In this document: positions 40,592-52,502 of the stretch, piece after piece
Layout: every line of letters begins with the position of its first letter
Numbering within the stretch: position 1 is the stretch's first letter
Source of the DNA: Podarcis liolepis
Lineage: Eukaryota
Reading direction: 5' to 3' (one strand)
Assembly: GCA_965112155.1 (NCBI GenBank)
Contig: OZ218102.1
Length of the DNA: 64,000 nucleotides
Notes under the pieces: model-generated
Databases searched by the model: none
What the model saw: only the letters and a program-made list of their open reading frames with translations
Told to the model about the DNA's origin: nothing
Position numbers and translations under genes: made by a program

Positions 40592-41981
40592 GTATAGTAT
40601 TTCTAATGAGGGGTTTGTGATTTGTGAATGTTCTCATTCACTCATTGTTTATACAAAAGTCCTGTTGTCTTGAGGAAATACTCTGCAAGGGGTGGATGAA
40701 AACAAGGAGCTGAAGGAATTTGTTGGATTATTAAATTGCATATAATATTTTTGCTGTATGTTGGTAAATTGATGTAAAGTTATTTATTGTATACATATGT
40801 TGCTATAAACAATAATTGCACATACAATGTATGTATGTCGGAGAGAGGAAAAAATAATACTTTTGTGTTTTGGGAAGTGTGACTGGAAATGTCAAACTGG
40901 GTGAATGAGCTACCATAAGTAGCACTTCTTAGTTTTGTAGTGTGAAAGGAAACTGCTGGCAGAACCATGGGGCTCATAAAGGTAGAAACATGATCCATGC
41001 CCTACACTTAGGCGGAAATGCACTAATGCTACAGAAATTGCATGTTACAATACGTCAGTCAGCTGTCATAAATGATAAGATGTCCCTCATCCAGCTGGCA
41101 ACAGTGACTGAGGAATGAATCGGCTTACTCCATTCCCTCCACCTGCAGAATCACTTCTAATGTTATTTTATTTATTCATTACTTTTATTTATTAACAGCA
41201 TTTATATGCCACCCAATAACAGTAGCCTACAAGCATTAAAACATTAAAATACAGCAATAAGCTGTTAAAGGTTTGCTGAACTAGTCTCTTTACTCAAAAC
41301 TGACCAAGTGAATAAAACAGGCGAAAGTCAGGAGTCATAACCTCAGCATTTAGTAAAAAATATCAGTGTGTACAGAAGCAAACAAGTTGAACCAATCTGA
41401 TACATCTTGATTAGATTTTTCTTTCTGCTAGACAGTAACCAATAATCATCACTCACAAGCTGCAGCAGTGGAATGATTACACTGGAAAAGCTTATATATG
41501 AAACCACTTGTTTTTGTACCAAAAACCTAGCATTTAATTTGTCAAGGAGTGTCAAGATTGGAGTGTCAAGATTTTTTTAAAAAAGACGTAAAAGCTTGTA
41601 AAATTCGGTCTGATCTCAATCCACTGAGAATCACATTGAATCATCCCCCCCCCCCCGTTGAATCTTGCTTGAAAACTACTCATGCAATACCACCAGTCAT
41701 AACAGCTTCCATAAGCTTTTTGTCTTGTGCTTGAAATATTTAAGGTTGGGGGGGGGGCTGCCCAATTGTTCTGCATAATGATTTGTAAACATAAAATCCT
41801 AAACTTCTTGGATTCTACCTTTTCCACATCTATTAGTAAAAGTTGGGGGGGGAATAAACCCTCTGGGCTATTCCAATTCAAATATTAAACTAAATTTGGA
41901 GAACGAGAGCAACTTTATACCACACTTCTATTGGCCAGATTCCTTTGCCCTTTTGGAGATGCTTCCTATTCCCTTAGTTCC

Positions 41982-42194
41982 CTTTCCAAATTGTGTGTTG
42001 TGACACATTAGTGTGCCAGCTGCAGTGTGTAGGTGTGTCCCTATACATTTCATTATTAAATTTATGTATGTTTCCGTATCTCTTATAAGGGGTTAGTTTA
42101 ACCTCCAGTTTGTTAGTAAAACTGAATTACTGTGTCACGAAATGATGCATGTATAAAAATTGTGTCACCAACATGAAAAGTTTGGAAAGCTCTG
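41982..42194. mobile_element. hAT element, same family as 37751-37954
   Basis: Shared CAGCTGCAGTGTGTAGG and GGGGTTAGTTTAACCTC blocks and the TTTGGAAAGCTCTG end. Confidence 0.75.
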
Positions 42195-42234
42195 CATTAG
42201 TTCCCAGCCATACCAAGCTGAGGCTTTTAAATTA

Positions 42235-42471
42235 CAGTGGTACCTCGCAAGACGAAAAACGCGCAAGACGAAAGAGTTTTCCGTTTTTTGAGTCGTTCTG
42301 CAAGACGAATTTCCCTATGGGCTTACTTCGCAAGACGAAACGTCTTGCGAGTTCTTGCGAGTTTGTTTCCTTTTTCTTTAAGCCGCTAATAGCCGTGCTT
42401 CGCAAGACAAAAAAACCGCAAGACGAAGAGACTCACGGAATGGATTAATTTCGTCTTGCGAGGCACCACTG
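42235..42471. mobile_element. Tc1/mariner-type MITE with iterated GCAAGACG motifs
   Basis: 23-bp TIRs CAGTGGTACCTCGCAAGACGAAA (1 mismatch); TA flanks. Confidence 0.88.
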
Positions 42472-43349
42472 TATCTTGTGCAGAAGCTATTACCAACTGA
42501 CAGAGTAGGAAGCACATCTTTTTATTGCCATGGAAAGCGGGGATTAGTTTTGCTTTGACTGCAATAGAAGACAAACTAAGGGCTGGTGTAGATTTGTGCT
42601 CGTTACTGGAGCGTATGTAAGGGATACAAAGAGACTTAGGATGTGGCAACCTTGCACCTGCCCTGGCTCACTCCATTGGCAATACACACCAAGTTTCCAT
42701 GAGCAGTGTGGTCTTGATACTTCACCTCCAATTGCACTGGCTACCTATGGCCCTTTAAGCTGTCTTGCTATGGTTACCTCTACCTTTTTACTTGCTATGG
42801 TTAGGATTGGTTCCTTAACCCCCTAGTTTTTATCTGCTGCAGAAAATTGTGCAAAATGGCCTTCCTTCCCATCTAGTACTTTTACATCCCAAACCTATGG
42901 CATTATTAGGCTTGCCTAAGTCTACTGACTGCATTAGAGATGGAGATAGAAAACCATTGAGGTAATATCTTGATTTCTTGTGATGACTGAGATAACTCAT
43001 TAATTAATTCTTCGTAAACTACTTTGTGGGCTTTTTTATTGCACCATACAATCCTCTCCTCTTTAAAAACCTCTTTATGTTCGTGTAGGGTTTGCTTTCT
43101 CTCTTCTCTCTGCACCCCCAATCTTGGTTTTTCCTGCCAGGAGAACAAGGGAGGGGTGCCTGTGGTCGGTCAGGTGTCATTAGGCTCCAACTTCCACCAT
43201 CCCTGGCCATTGTCCATGCTGGCTGGGGCTGGAACACTCTTTTTCTCACTCCTCTTCTGGACTATAATCAGCACAGAAACAATCCTTCTAAAAGTCAAAG
43301 AATCACCACTATTTGGAGACCTTTTGGGAAGTCTAATAAGGGTCTAAAC

Positions 43350-44150
43350 TGCTGCTCCCGCTCCCCGGCCTGCTTTCCATGGTAAGCCCTTCCCGTTCCG
43401 CCACAGCAGCCGGAAACCCGTCGCAAGAAGATGTCGTCAATTATTCAGAAGGAGTACGCGCATGCTCAGCGCCTTCGCTCTCCTCCCTCCCTTTGGCTGG
43501 TCCCCTCCGCGCGCGCGCGATGACGTCGTTCATGTGCACCGCCTCCGGTCGCTGGTGGGGAAGATGGCGGATGGTGGCGACGGCTCGTGAGGCAGCAGCT
43601 TCCGGGATAGGCGAGCTCTAGGTTTTTGGGCCCCGCGTACGGGGCTCTGTGAGCGGCTGCTTTGTGAGTTTTTCTCCTTGAGGCGATTGGCGGTGGGGAG
43701 GCAGGGGTGCGGGAGGGAAGGAACCCCGGCGACCCGGAAGACCGCCGCGGCTTCCGCCATCTTTAGGCCGCGAGAGGTGCCGCTGTTACGCTATTGGCGG
43801 CGGAGGGGCCTGTGGCTGAAAGTCGGGGCAGGAGGAGGACGTTGTGAGGAGAGCGGGAGAGAGGCCGGCGTGGGGTTAGGAGCGAAAGTTTGAAAAGAGC
43901 CGCAAAGTCTTCAGTCGAAGCCCGGTAGGGGAAAGCTAACCATCCATCTGCCCTGCTGTTTTGGGCGCAATAAGTAATTTCGGCCTCGCCCTAAGATCCA
44001 CAAGAGTAGCTGAAGAGTTCCTTGGGTGCAGGGTAGCAGCTGTGTGTGGGATCGGCGCTTTGGGATCCTTTCCATTCAGGGCGCACCTCAGCCACTCACT
44101 CGCTAGGTGTCCCTAAGATCAACGCCGCCTTACCAACCTCATACGTCGTT
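43350..44150 (+). promoter_or_regulatory. CpG island / WDR33 promoter
   Basis: CpG-dense; NRF1-like GCGCATGC near 43458, CRE-like TGACGTC at 43521, YY1 motifs AAGATGGCGG 43561-43570 and CCGCCATCTT 43754-43763, ETS CCGGAA. Confidence 0.85.
43540..43663 (+). other. WDR33: WDR33 non-coding exon 1 (start approximate)
   Basis: Downstream of the promoter motifs; donor TTT|GTGAGT at 43663/43664; the next WDR33 exon at 55372 carries the ATG. Confidence 0.7.
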
Positions 44151-44232
44151 TGTAAAGGGGGTGTGTGTGATTATGACAGGCCTCCTTACAGGGGTGTTGT
44201 AAGGGTCAATCACTTGTAGATGTGTAGGACGT

Positions 44233-44453
44233 TTTAGGGACCTTTAACGTATGCTAGGTAGATGATAAATACAAGCTTCATATAATTATTTTGGAGTGTA
44301 ACTTCTTGGTGTACAAACATGTAACTTCTTGCTGTACAGACATGCAGGGTTTCATTTAGAGACCTTTAATGTATTCTAGGTAGATGATAAATACATGCTT
44401 CATATAATTATTTTGGAGTGTAACTTCTTGGTGAACGAACATGCAGGGTTTCA
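44233..44453. repeat. Imperfect ~100-bp tandem duplication with a nested ~22-bp duplication
   Basis: Copy 1 44233-44354 and copy 2 44355-44453 share TAGGTAGATGATAAATAC..GCTTCATATAATTATTTT.GGAGTGTAACTTCTTG. Confidence 0.85.
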
Positions 44454-46611
44454 AGTAGCATTCGATTTAAGCAAAACAATAGCACCTATAACTGTAAGAA
44501 CAAGGTCGGGCTGTGTTCCCGAGTGCACTATTTGGCAGAAACTCAATTGAGTACAATGGGACCTAATTTGAATAAGCATGCATAGGATTCCGCTGTTGCT
44601 GTCAGTTGTTAGTTTAAGAGCCAATAAGATGTATTAACAATGCAAACATATTAAATATATATTTCCATTGTGCAGGAACCTTATGAATATGTTAGGAAAG
44701 ACTAATACTTTTGCATTTTTTAAATGTTAGAACAGCATATGCACTGAGAAATTCAATGCAAGTTACAGAAATTGGTTAGGATCAGGTTTTTTTACCAGTT
44801 ACACTCTTATGTTGAATTGCTATCTTATTTTATCAAGAAGTCATGATTCCACAATTTTCAAAAATACTCATTGTGTGAGTAGGACCAGTATGTGAGTAGG
44901 ATCATGCTCAGACAACATTCCTACCATGTACTACTTGACACACATGCATTTGTTATAAAAATTTGTATATAAACATTTGTTATAAAGCCTGTAACTTTCT
45001 AGTTTCTAATATATTCAGTATTAAAGTAAATTTCACATGTTCTCAGAACGCAGGTGTCTACTTTAGAATGAACTGAAACTTAATACTACAGAACGTTTCA
45101 GTTGTGTGAAATGTTTCAGTGGTTCAGGAAGGTAGGATGTAAGTTTACTTTACATTTTTGCTGTTAGGCAAAGTTTTGTTCATCTTAAAGTAGAATATTA
45201 ATAAACCAATAAAATGCCGAAGATTTTATTTCTAATGCTTATTAATCATACATAGTTTACACTTCAAATGGAATAGTTTAATCTGTTAGTTGAAATAGTA
45301 GCTAACATCTCAAATATGTAAATATGATACCCTTGAAATAGTCATTCATTTCTGCAAAAGGAATTAGTTTGACTTCTTAATTTCGAGCTTTTATTTTTAT
45401 TCCTGAAATTTGGATATAAAACTAATTTGTATTAATTGCATGAACAGTTTTCAATTGTTCTGCAAACAAATCTAATGGGGAGTGTAATGCCCAGAGAATG
45501 CATAGTTGGTACACTTACTAAGCAATCCTAACTAGGCATATATGCAAGGATTTCCAGGAAACAGACATGCTGATGTATATATTATGTAAGTTGAATTACA
45601 CCCTAACTGCTGCTGTCCAGGGTGGCACAGCCAGAGTTTGGGTGTCCAGTATAAACCTTCATTTTCTGACCTTTCATTGCCTCTAGTAATTACAGTTGCA
45701 TTTTGGGTGGTATAAATTAAAGCAAATTCTGTGTATGGAACAAATGAATGAAATTAGGACACCATGTAACTTTTTAATCTCTCTGTTCAAGACATCCATC
45801 CTCACCCTTAACACACACTATTTTGTCCTTTAATTCTGGTAGCTTAGTTTGCCTCAATAGGGCTCTCCCTTTGCCAGAGTTAGTAGATATGCCAGAGTAA
45901 GTAATGTGCACTGGTCAAAGTGTGCAGTCAGCAAGTGGAGAGTTATGTCTCATCCCATTCTCTCCCACCTGGTGTATCTGGGGGTTAGGATTGCACATTT
46001 AAATCTTGACATGTTGAAATATTCACTTTGTCAACAAGCTATGATGAATACCGTCACATTGCATGCTCTCTTTAGTTATCCATATGTAAAAAAAAAGCAG
46101 GAGTATCAACACTTTCCACTTGAATCAAACTTGCCCTATAATTTTTAAAAATTACAAATCTGCTTATCATTAAGTTATGCCTTCACTTTACTGAAATAGT
46201 CTAACAATGCCGGGCTAGACCCAGTAGTGACTTTCTGCTCACAGAGGCTTGCTTTCTATGAATGGAAAGAATTTTGGTCCAACAGAGACTCTCATAATGG
46301 GAGAGGTGATTTTTGATAGTTCTCCTTCCCCACCTGCAGTGCCCTCCCAAGTGTTCCAGAGGGATCTCCAACCTTCTTGAATATATTTGAATGGGGAATT
46401 GGCAAAAAGTTCTTACCCACCCCTCTTTCAGTCAGTGGATGATAGGAGCACCCTTCCTGTGGCCAGAACTGGATCTAACCTGCTTGTTTACCTCACAGAC
46501 AGTTCCTCTCTGCTTTATGGAGGAAAAAATCATGCATATATTTACTCAAACTAATAATAATAATATTTACAGAATATCTAAAAACATAATAAAAGCAACA
46601 ACATAAAAAAC

Positions 46612-46898
46612 CCCTGATACAGGAGTGCCTTCAGATGTTTTCTAAAAGTTGTGTAAGTCTTAAAAAAAAAATACTGTTTATTTAAGTTGTGTAATTATTT
46701 ATCTCCTTGACATCTGAAGGGAGGGCATTCCACCGGGAGGGCGCTACTACCGAGAAGGCCCTTTGCCTGGTTCCCTATAACTTTGCTTCTCACAGTGAGG
46801 GAACTAGCAGAATACCCTCAAAGGAGGACCTTGGTGTCCAGACTAAGGGATGGGGGTGGAGATGCTCCTTCAGGTATACTGGGCCGAGGCCATTTAGG
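46612..46898 (-). mobile_element. L2-type LINE 3' fragment
   Basis: GGAGGGCATTCCAC..GGGCGCTACTACCGAGAAGGCCCT; minus-strand translation LNGLGPVYLKEHL is typical of the L2 ORF2 end. Confidence 0.7.
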
Positions 46899-47399
46899 TT
46901 GCCACATGCTCTGTTACTGAGAACTTTGTCAGTTGGAGTGCTGTTGTTCCTGACTGATACTTTCAAAATGTCTTCTGTTTGGAAGACTCTTACCAATGGC
47001 TCGCTCCACTCTTCACCCCATCCTGCATCAGAATGCAGAAGGAGTTGAGGGTGATTCAGGGTGTATCATTGTTTGGTCTGGAAGATGCCTAACTTTTTTC
47101 TCTATTTTTTGTCGTGGTCTTGTGGGTCACCTCAAGGCACACTGGGGATCAGAGTCATTGTTTATTTTAAACAGAATTACTTGAAGATCCAATTAATTGC
47201 AGAATGATTTTATTATAAGTACATTATCTGTAAGACTATAATCTTAGCATAAAAAAATTAGAAAGGCCCAACTAATCAGATGAGGAATCAAATCTAGGAG
47301 ACGCATATTACAATTTTGAAATTTGTCTCACTGTTTCATCATTCCCCTGAAAATGAGATTTGGTGTGACTTCTTAATCAGTTGTCTTCAACAGTGTATT

Positions 47400-47605
47400 G
47401 AGACACAGTGGGGTGGGGTGATTGTTGGACTAGGTTTGAGAAGATCCAGGTTCAAATCCCTGCTAAGCCATAAAGCATTTTAGACCAGTCACTATAACTG
47501 AAGACCAATCTACCTCACAGAGTTGTTGTGAGGATAACATGAAACTATAGAAACCATCTACCCTGCCTTGAGATTCTTGGAGGAAAAGTTGGATATAGAT
47601 TTAGT
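47400..47605 (+). mobile_element. tRNA-derived SINE (Squam3/CORE-like), degenerate
   Basis: B-box GGTTCAAATCC 47449-47459, CTACCTCACAGAGTTGTTGTGAGGATAA core, TTGGAGGAAAA...GGATATA tail. Confidence 0.65.
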
Positions 47606-48254
47606 GAATAATATAGTTGTTGTGTGGAATAGGCAGAATGTAATTGGGTCACAGTAGCTAGCCACGTAAATCAGTATGCCCATCTGTAGTTTGTCTTGGA
47701 CATGTAGTAATTGATATTTATATTACGTTCCAGGATCTAAAGATTTTAAATAAAAACTCATTACAACAAATTTCTCTGAATGGAACCAGTTACTTGAATT
47801 ATGGCTTTGCAGAAAAGCTGGCTTTCTAGCAGTCTTCAAGGAGCCTGCTCCAGAGTAAGAAAGAAGCCCTGGGAGTTGCAGTCTGTAGAGATTTAAAACC
47901 AGTTTTGCTTCTAATTGTAAACAGTTAGTGTCTGGGGGAAATGCCTGGCTTTCTGAAGTTAGATGGGATTCATTATCTTCCACCTCGTTCTACAAATATT
48001 TTGGAGAGCTTCATAATTAAGTTACCTTTTGCACTCTGGAGAGGTTATACGAGAGCATGTACATTGTTCCTAAGACATGCAGGGTTTATAATAAGAAAAT
48101 GACAAAATTCAAATTGTCTGCAGAGCAGTTCATTGAAGAATAAAATGGGATATTTCACTTTGGACATTTGTCTGCATAAAATTCAGGTCTATTTCTATTT
48201 AAAGAAAGTGATTGCACATGAAGAATAAATATTAATATGCAAGAATCCTGACTA

Positions 48255-48346
48255 GCAGCACAACCCTAATCATACCTATTCAGAAGTAAGTCCTATTGAA
48301 TTTAATGGGATTTACTCTCAGGTAAGTAGGGTTAAGATTGCAGCCT
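48255..48346. repeat. Short palindromic interspersed repeat (AGAAGTAAGTCCYATTGA..TCAATGGG..TTACTC family)
   Basis: Related copies near 20575, 33770, 33973, 38750, 44520 and 63400; central inverted repeat. Confidence 0.6.
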
Positions 48347-48677
48347 AAGCAACAAGTGCTAGGATTTAGAAATATGTTGAACTTGCTCAGGTGCAGATAC
48401 CAGGTGTGTTAAACTATGCCATGTACACTTAAAGTCAGATTTCAGTGGTACAACATCCCAACCTTAACCCCTAAAATGGGACTGCTCTCAAGCAGGAAAT
48501 GTGAAACATAGTATTCATTGGTGGACTAGCTTATGTGCAATCAAATTACTGATTAATCTGTTGCAGAGAATCTGTTCAAATCTGCAATCTTTTTACTAGT
48601 AATATTCATTATAATCGATCAATATTCATTTATAGCAGGATGCTAAAACCATGGCTTGTATAAGTGTCCAGAAGCAA

Positions 48678-49623
48678 ATTAGTGCCCTAAGCCCATTGTT
48701 CAGCATTTTTATAAACTATTTGGACAAAGGAATTGAGAGGATTCTTGTCAAAGTTGCAGATGACACCAAACTGGGAAGCATAGCTAATGCCACAGAAGAC
48801 AGAATCAGGATTCAGGATCACCTTATCAAATTGGAGAACTGGGCCCAGACTAATGAAATTCACTAGGGACCAATGTAAGGTTCTAAAGTTAGGTAGGAAT
48901 AATCAGATAACATAAGTATCAAATGGACACATGGCTTACCAGTAGCACATGTGAAAAGGATCTAGGAGTCTTAGTAGACAACAAGCTTAACATGTGTCAA
49001 TAGTGCAGTGCAGCAGAAAAAAGCAAATGGCTATTATAGGCTTGCCAACAGAAGTATAATGTCCAGGACAAGGGAAGTAATAGATCACTCTATTCTGCCC
49101 TGGTCAGACCACACCTGGAATACTGTGTCCAGCTCTGGGCACCAAAATTTAAGTAGTATATTGGCAAGCTGGAACATTTGTAGAAGAGGGTAACCAAGAT
49201 GATCCAGGGTTTGGAAACCAAGCCTTATGAGCAAGAGCTGTGGGAGTTCCAGGAACCTGAAAAGGAGGAGCCTAAGAGGAGACCTGATAGCCACTTTCAA
49301 ATATCTATAGGGTTATCTCATGGAAGATGGAGCAAGCTTGTTTTCTCCTGCTCCATAGGGTAGTACTCGAGCTAATGGATTCAAGTTACCAGAAAGGAGA
49401 TTCTGACTAAACATCAGAAAGAGCTTTGTGACAGTAAGAGCTGTTTCACAGTGGAACAGATTCCCTTGGGAGGTGGTGGACTTTCTTTCCTTGAATGTTT
49501 TTAAGCAGTGGTTGGCTGACCATCTGCCACGAATGTTGTAGTTGAAATTCCTGCATTGCAGGGGTTAGACTAGATGACCCTCGGGATTCCTTCTAGCTCT
49601 ACAATTTTATGATTCCATGATTC
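48678..49623 (+). mobile_element. CR1 LINE, 5'-truncated, with decayed reverse-transcriptase C-terminus
   Basis: LFSIFINYLDKGIERILVKVADDTKLG (FADDTKL RT motif), followed by stops and frameshifts; ends in ...CTACAATTTTATGATTCCATGATTC. Confidence 0.92.
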
Positions 49624-50071
49624 AAAGGAACAATTCTGTGTACTTTTGCTATAATTTTACTATCTATATGGCACTACAAATGTGAGGTCCAAGCACCTCC
49701 TTCCTTTCTCATTTTTGAATTCTACTCATTTCTGGTTCCAACAAAGCATCTTAAAAGGAAAATATACTGTGCTATATATTCTAATGGATCTTAGATATAT
49801 TATATTGATAATGCTTTTGGGCTGCGGTTTTAACTACAGATGTCCAGAAATGTTTCATAGTTATACCTTGCTTTGGAAACAAAAGGTCATATATAGCGAT
49901 TCCAAACCCATTTATGTGATATTTATCTTGTGTACAACTTTATCACAGATGTTTTTGTGCCCTTGCTGATGCAATTCCTGAATTGATCTTGGTAACACTG
50001 TTCTGGTTTTTTTGGAAAAAATTCTGGCGTTCTAAATATATTAGAGTCTGATTTAGCATATTTCTACAGTA

Positions 50072-50315
50072 CAGTGGTACCTCGGGATGCTAACGGGATC
50101 CGTTCCAGAGCTCTGTTCGCATCCCAAACAGAACGCAAGGCACATGCGTGGGTCACGTTTCGCTGCTTCCATGCATGCGCATGACGTCATTTTGAGCATC
50201 TGCGCATGCACGAGCGGCGAAATTCGGAAGTAACACACTCCGTTACTTCCGGGTTGTCGCGGAGTGCAACTTGAACGCACTCAACCCGAAGCACATTCAA
50301 CTCGAGGTATGACTG
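50072..50315. mobile_element. Tc1/mariner-type MITE
   Basis: TA-flanked; imperfect TIRs CAGTGGTACCTCG / CAGTCATACCTCG; CpG-rich interior. Confidence 0.78.
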
Positions 50316-50554
50316 TACATGGTATAATAATTTTGTTAAATACCCATTCATATATTTAGTAAGCATAACTAAAAAGAAATTCTGATTTTATGTGCTATAT
50401 AAATATATCAAAAAAATAAATTTTCCAAAGACATTGTAACTGAAAATGCACAGTCTTATTTGAAATTTATATTTAAACAAATCCAAAACTTTAGTTGGAA
50501 ATTATTTTTACTGTAACAGTTATAAATATTCTCCCAAATGGAAACTCTGTAGTA

Positions 50555-50733
50555 CAGTGGAACTGTTCGACTTCCAAAACATTTGAAAACCGAAAATCAA
50601 GTTATGGTCAGCAAAATTCATTGAAAAAATGGATAAACGTGCCTTGGAAGCCTGCAACGAAAACATTCACTTGTCGATGTTCAGGTTCTGAATTGTTCGT
50701 CAATGAAGTCGTTTGAGAACCGAGATTCCACTG
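50555..50733. mobile_element. Older Tc1/mariner-type MITE
   Basis: TA|CAGTGGAA ... TTCCACTG|TA termini. Confidence 0.6.
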
Positions 50734-51020
50734 TATATACCATATTTACTTTAATGTGCCACCGAATCTAATGTACACCTCAATTTTCAGAACCTTGAAA
50801 CCAAAAAGTATTTGCTGGCGAATGTAAATGCGCTATTGAATCTAATCCACACTTTAATTTTCGCAATGTTATTTGGCAAAAAAAGTGAGCGTTAAATTTG
50901 AGTAAATATTCAAATTATATAAGGTACTTGCTTATATTGATTACAATTTGGCGAAAAATTAAGGCACAGGAAACTTCTACTAATTTTAACTTACTTTAAA
51001 AAAATTACATCATCTTCATA

Positions 51021-51232
51021 CAGTGGTACCTCGGGTTAAGTACTTAATTCATTCCAGAGGCTGTACTTAACCTGAAACTGTTCTTAACCTGAAGCACCAC
51101 TTTAGCTAATGGTGCCTCCTGTTGCTGCCGTGCCGCCAGAGCATGATTTCTGTTCTCATCCTGAAGCAAAGTTCTTAACCCAAGGTAATATTTCTGGGTA
51201 ACCTGAAGCGTATGTAACCTGAGGTACCACTG
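51021..51232. mobile_element. MITE, same family as 3567-3774
   Basis: CAGTGGTACCTC TIRs, TA flanks, shared TAATTCATTCC.GAGG interior. Confidence 0.88.
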
Positions 51233-52366
51233 TATTTGACTCTTAGAGCTAGTCATCTGAAAAAGTTAATTCAAACTTTGAAACTGCCCAATTTTCCTAT
51301 ATCAGACATTGCTTGAAATAGAAAAATCTCTTTAGGATTTTTTCCATTACACACAATTTTATGTGGGAACTTTGGTGGTAGAGAAGGAAAAATAAGTAGC
51401 AGTAACCTGAGTAGTGAAAGAGAAGATCACTAGTCACCTCTGCTTAATTCTTTGTAAGACTGTTCAGATGAATGTGATTGGTTGGTCTGCACTTAATGCA
51501 GGTAATCTTATGTAAGGCAGTTCAACAATCATTTCTGTACTGAGTTTGTAGGCTGTAGAAAGCCAGTTCTAATACTAGTGTTACATAGCTTCCAGCTTCA
51601 TTGAGATGTTAAGTCTGTGTGAGCAGCTTGTACACATCCCTTTGGATACTCTACCACCAAAAATGAATGAAAATAATAATAATTTGTTATTTTATAAAAA
51701 GTAAATGATGTATATAAAGCAAATACATAGGCAAACTGGTTTTTTTTTGGGGGGGGGACAAAAAATTCATATTTTTTTTTACAAAAAAGCCTTTTTTATA
51801 CTTGTGTGTTGGCACTTTCAGCTTGCAAATGCAACAGTGTTGTGCAGCAGAAAATTTGCCACTACTACATTTTCCATTGACAAAGACTTGTATAAAAAAG
51901 TATTGTTGGAAAAAGAGAAATAAATCCATAGCATAATGAATAAATGAATAATTTTTGTCAAGAAACTGTCCCTAGGAAGTATGTATGTGGTTGGTCTGGG
52001 TGACGTATTGATACATCACCCAGGAGTTTGAGGGCCAGAGTGTGATGGTGCCTTCACCCGGTGGTATATCAGAGGTGAAACCACCACTGCTCCTGAGGTT
52101 TCACTGGCAATGTACCATTGGGTGAAGGTGGCATTACGCTCTGGCCCTCAAACCGAGGGAGGAAGCCACAAGGTACCTTGGCACGCCAGACATTGGTGGT
52201 AGAGGGAGTCCCTCCACTGCCAGAATGCGGAGGAACAAGCTCCATCATGACTTAGAATGTCATCTGAACCAAGGCTTATGCTTAAGCTGTCTTTGGAGTA
52301 ACCACAAACTGTAACCTCCTGGTGTGGTATTTATGCAACATATCTACAGTGTACAACACTATAAGG

Positions 52367-52502
52367 CAGTGGTGGCCAAACTTGGCCCTCTAGCTGTTTT
52401 TGGACTACAACTCCCATCATCCCTAGCTAACAGGACCAGTGGTCAGGGATGATGGGAACTGTAGTCCCAAAACAGCTGGAGGGCCAAGTTTGGCTACCAC
52501 TG
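52367..52502. mobile_element. Palindromic hAT MITE with perfect 8-bp TSD
   Basis: CAGTGGTGGCCAAAC...GTTTGGCTACCACTG flanked by CTATAAGG on both sides (52359-52366, 52503-52510). Confidence 0.92.

Noticed and set aside
47400-47470. Pol III B-box suggesting a tRNA gene
   Set aside because: No cloverleaf; it continues into a SINE core and tail.
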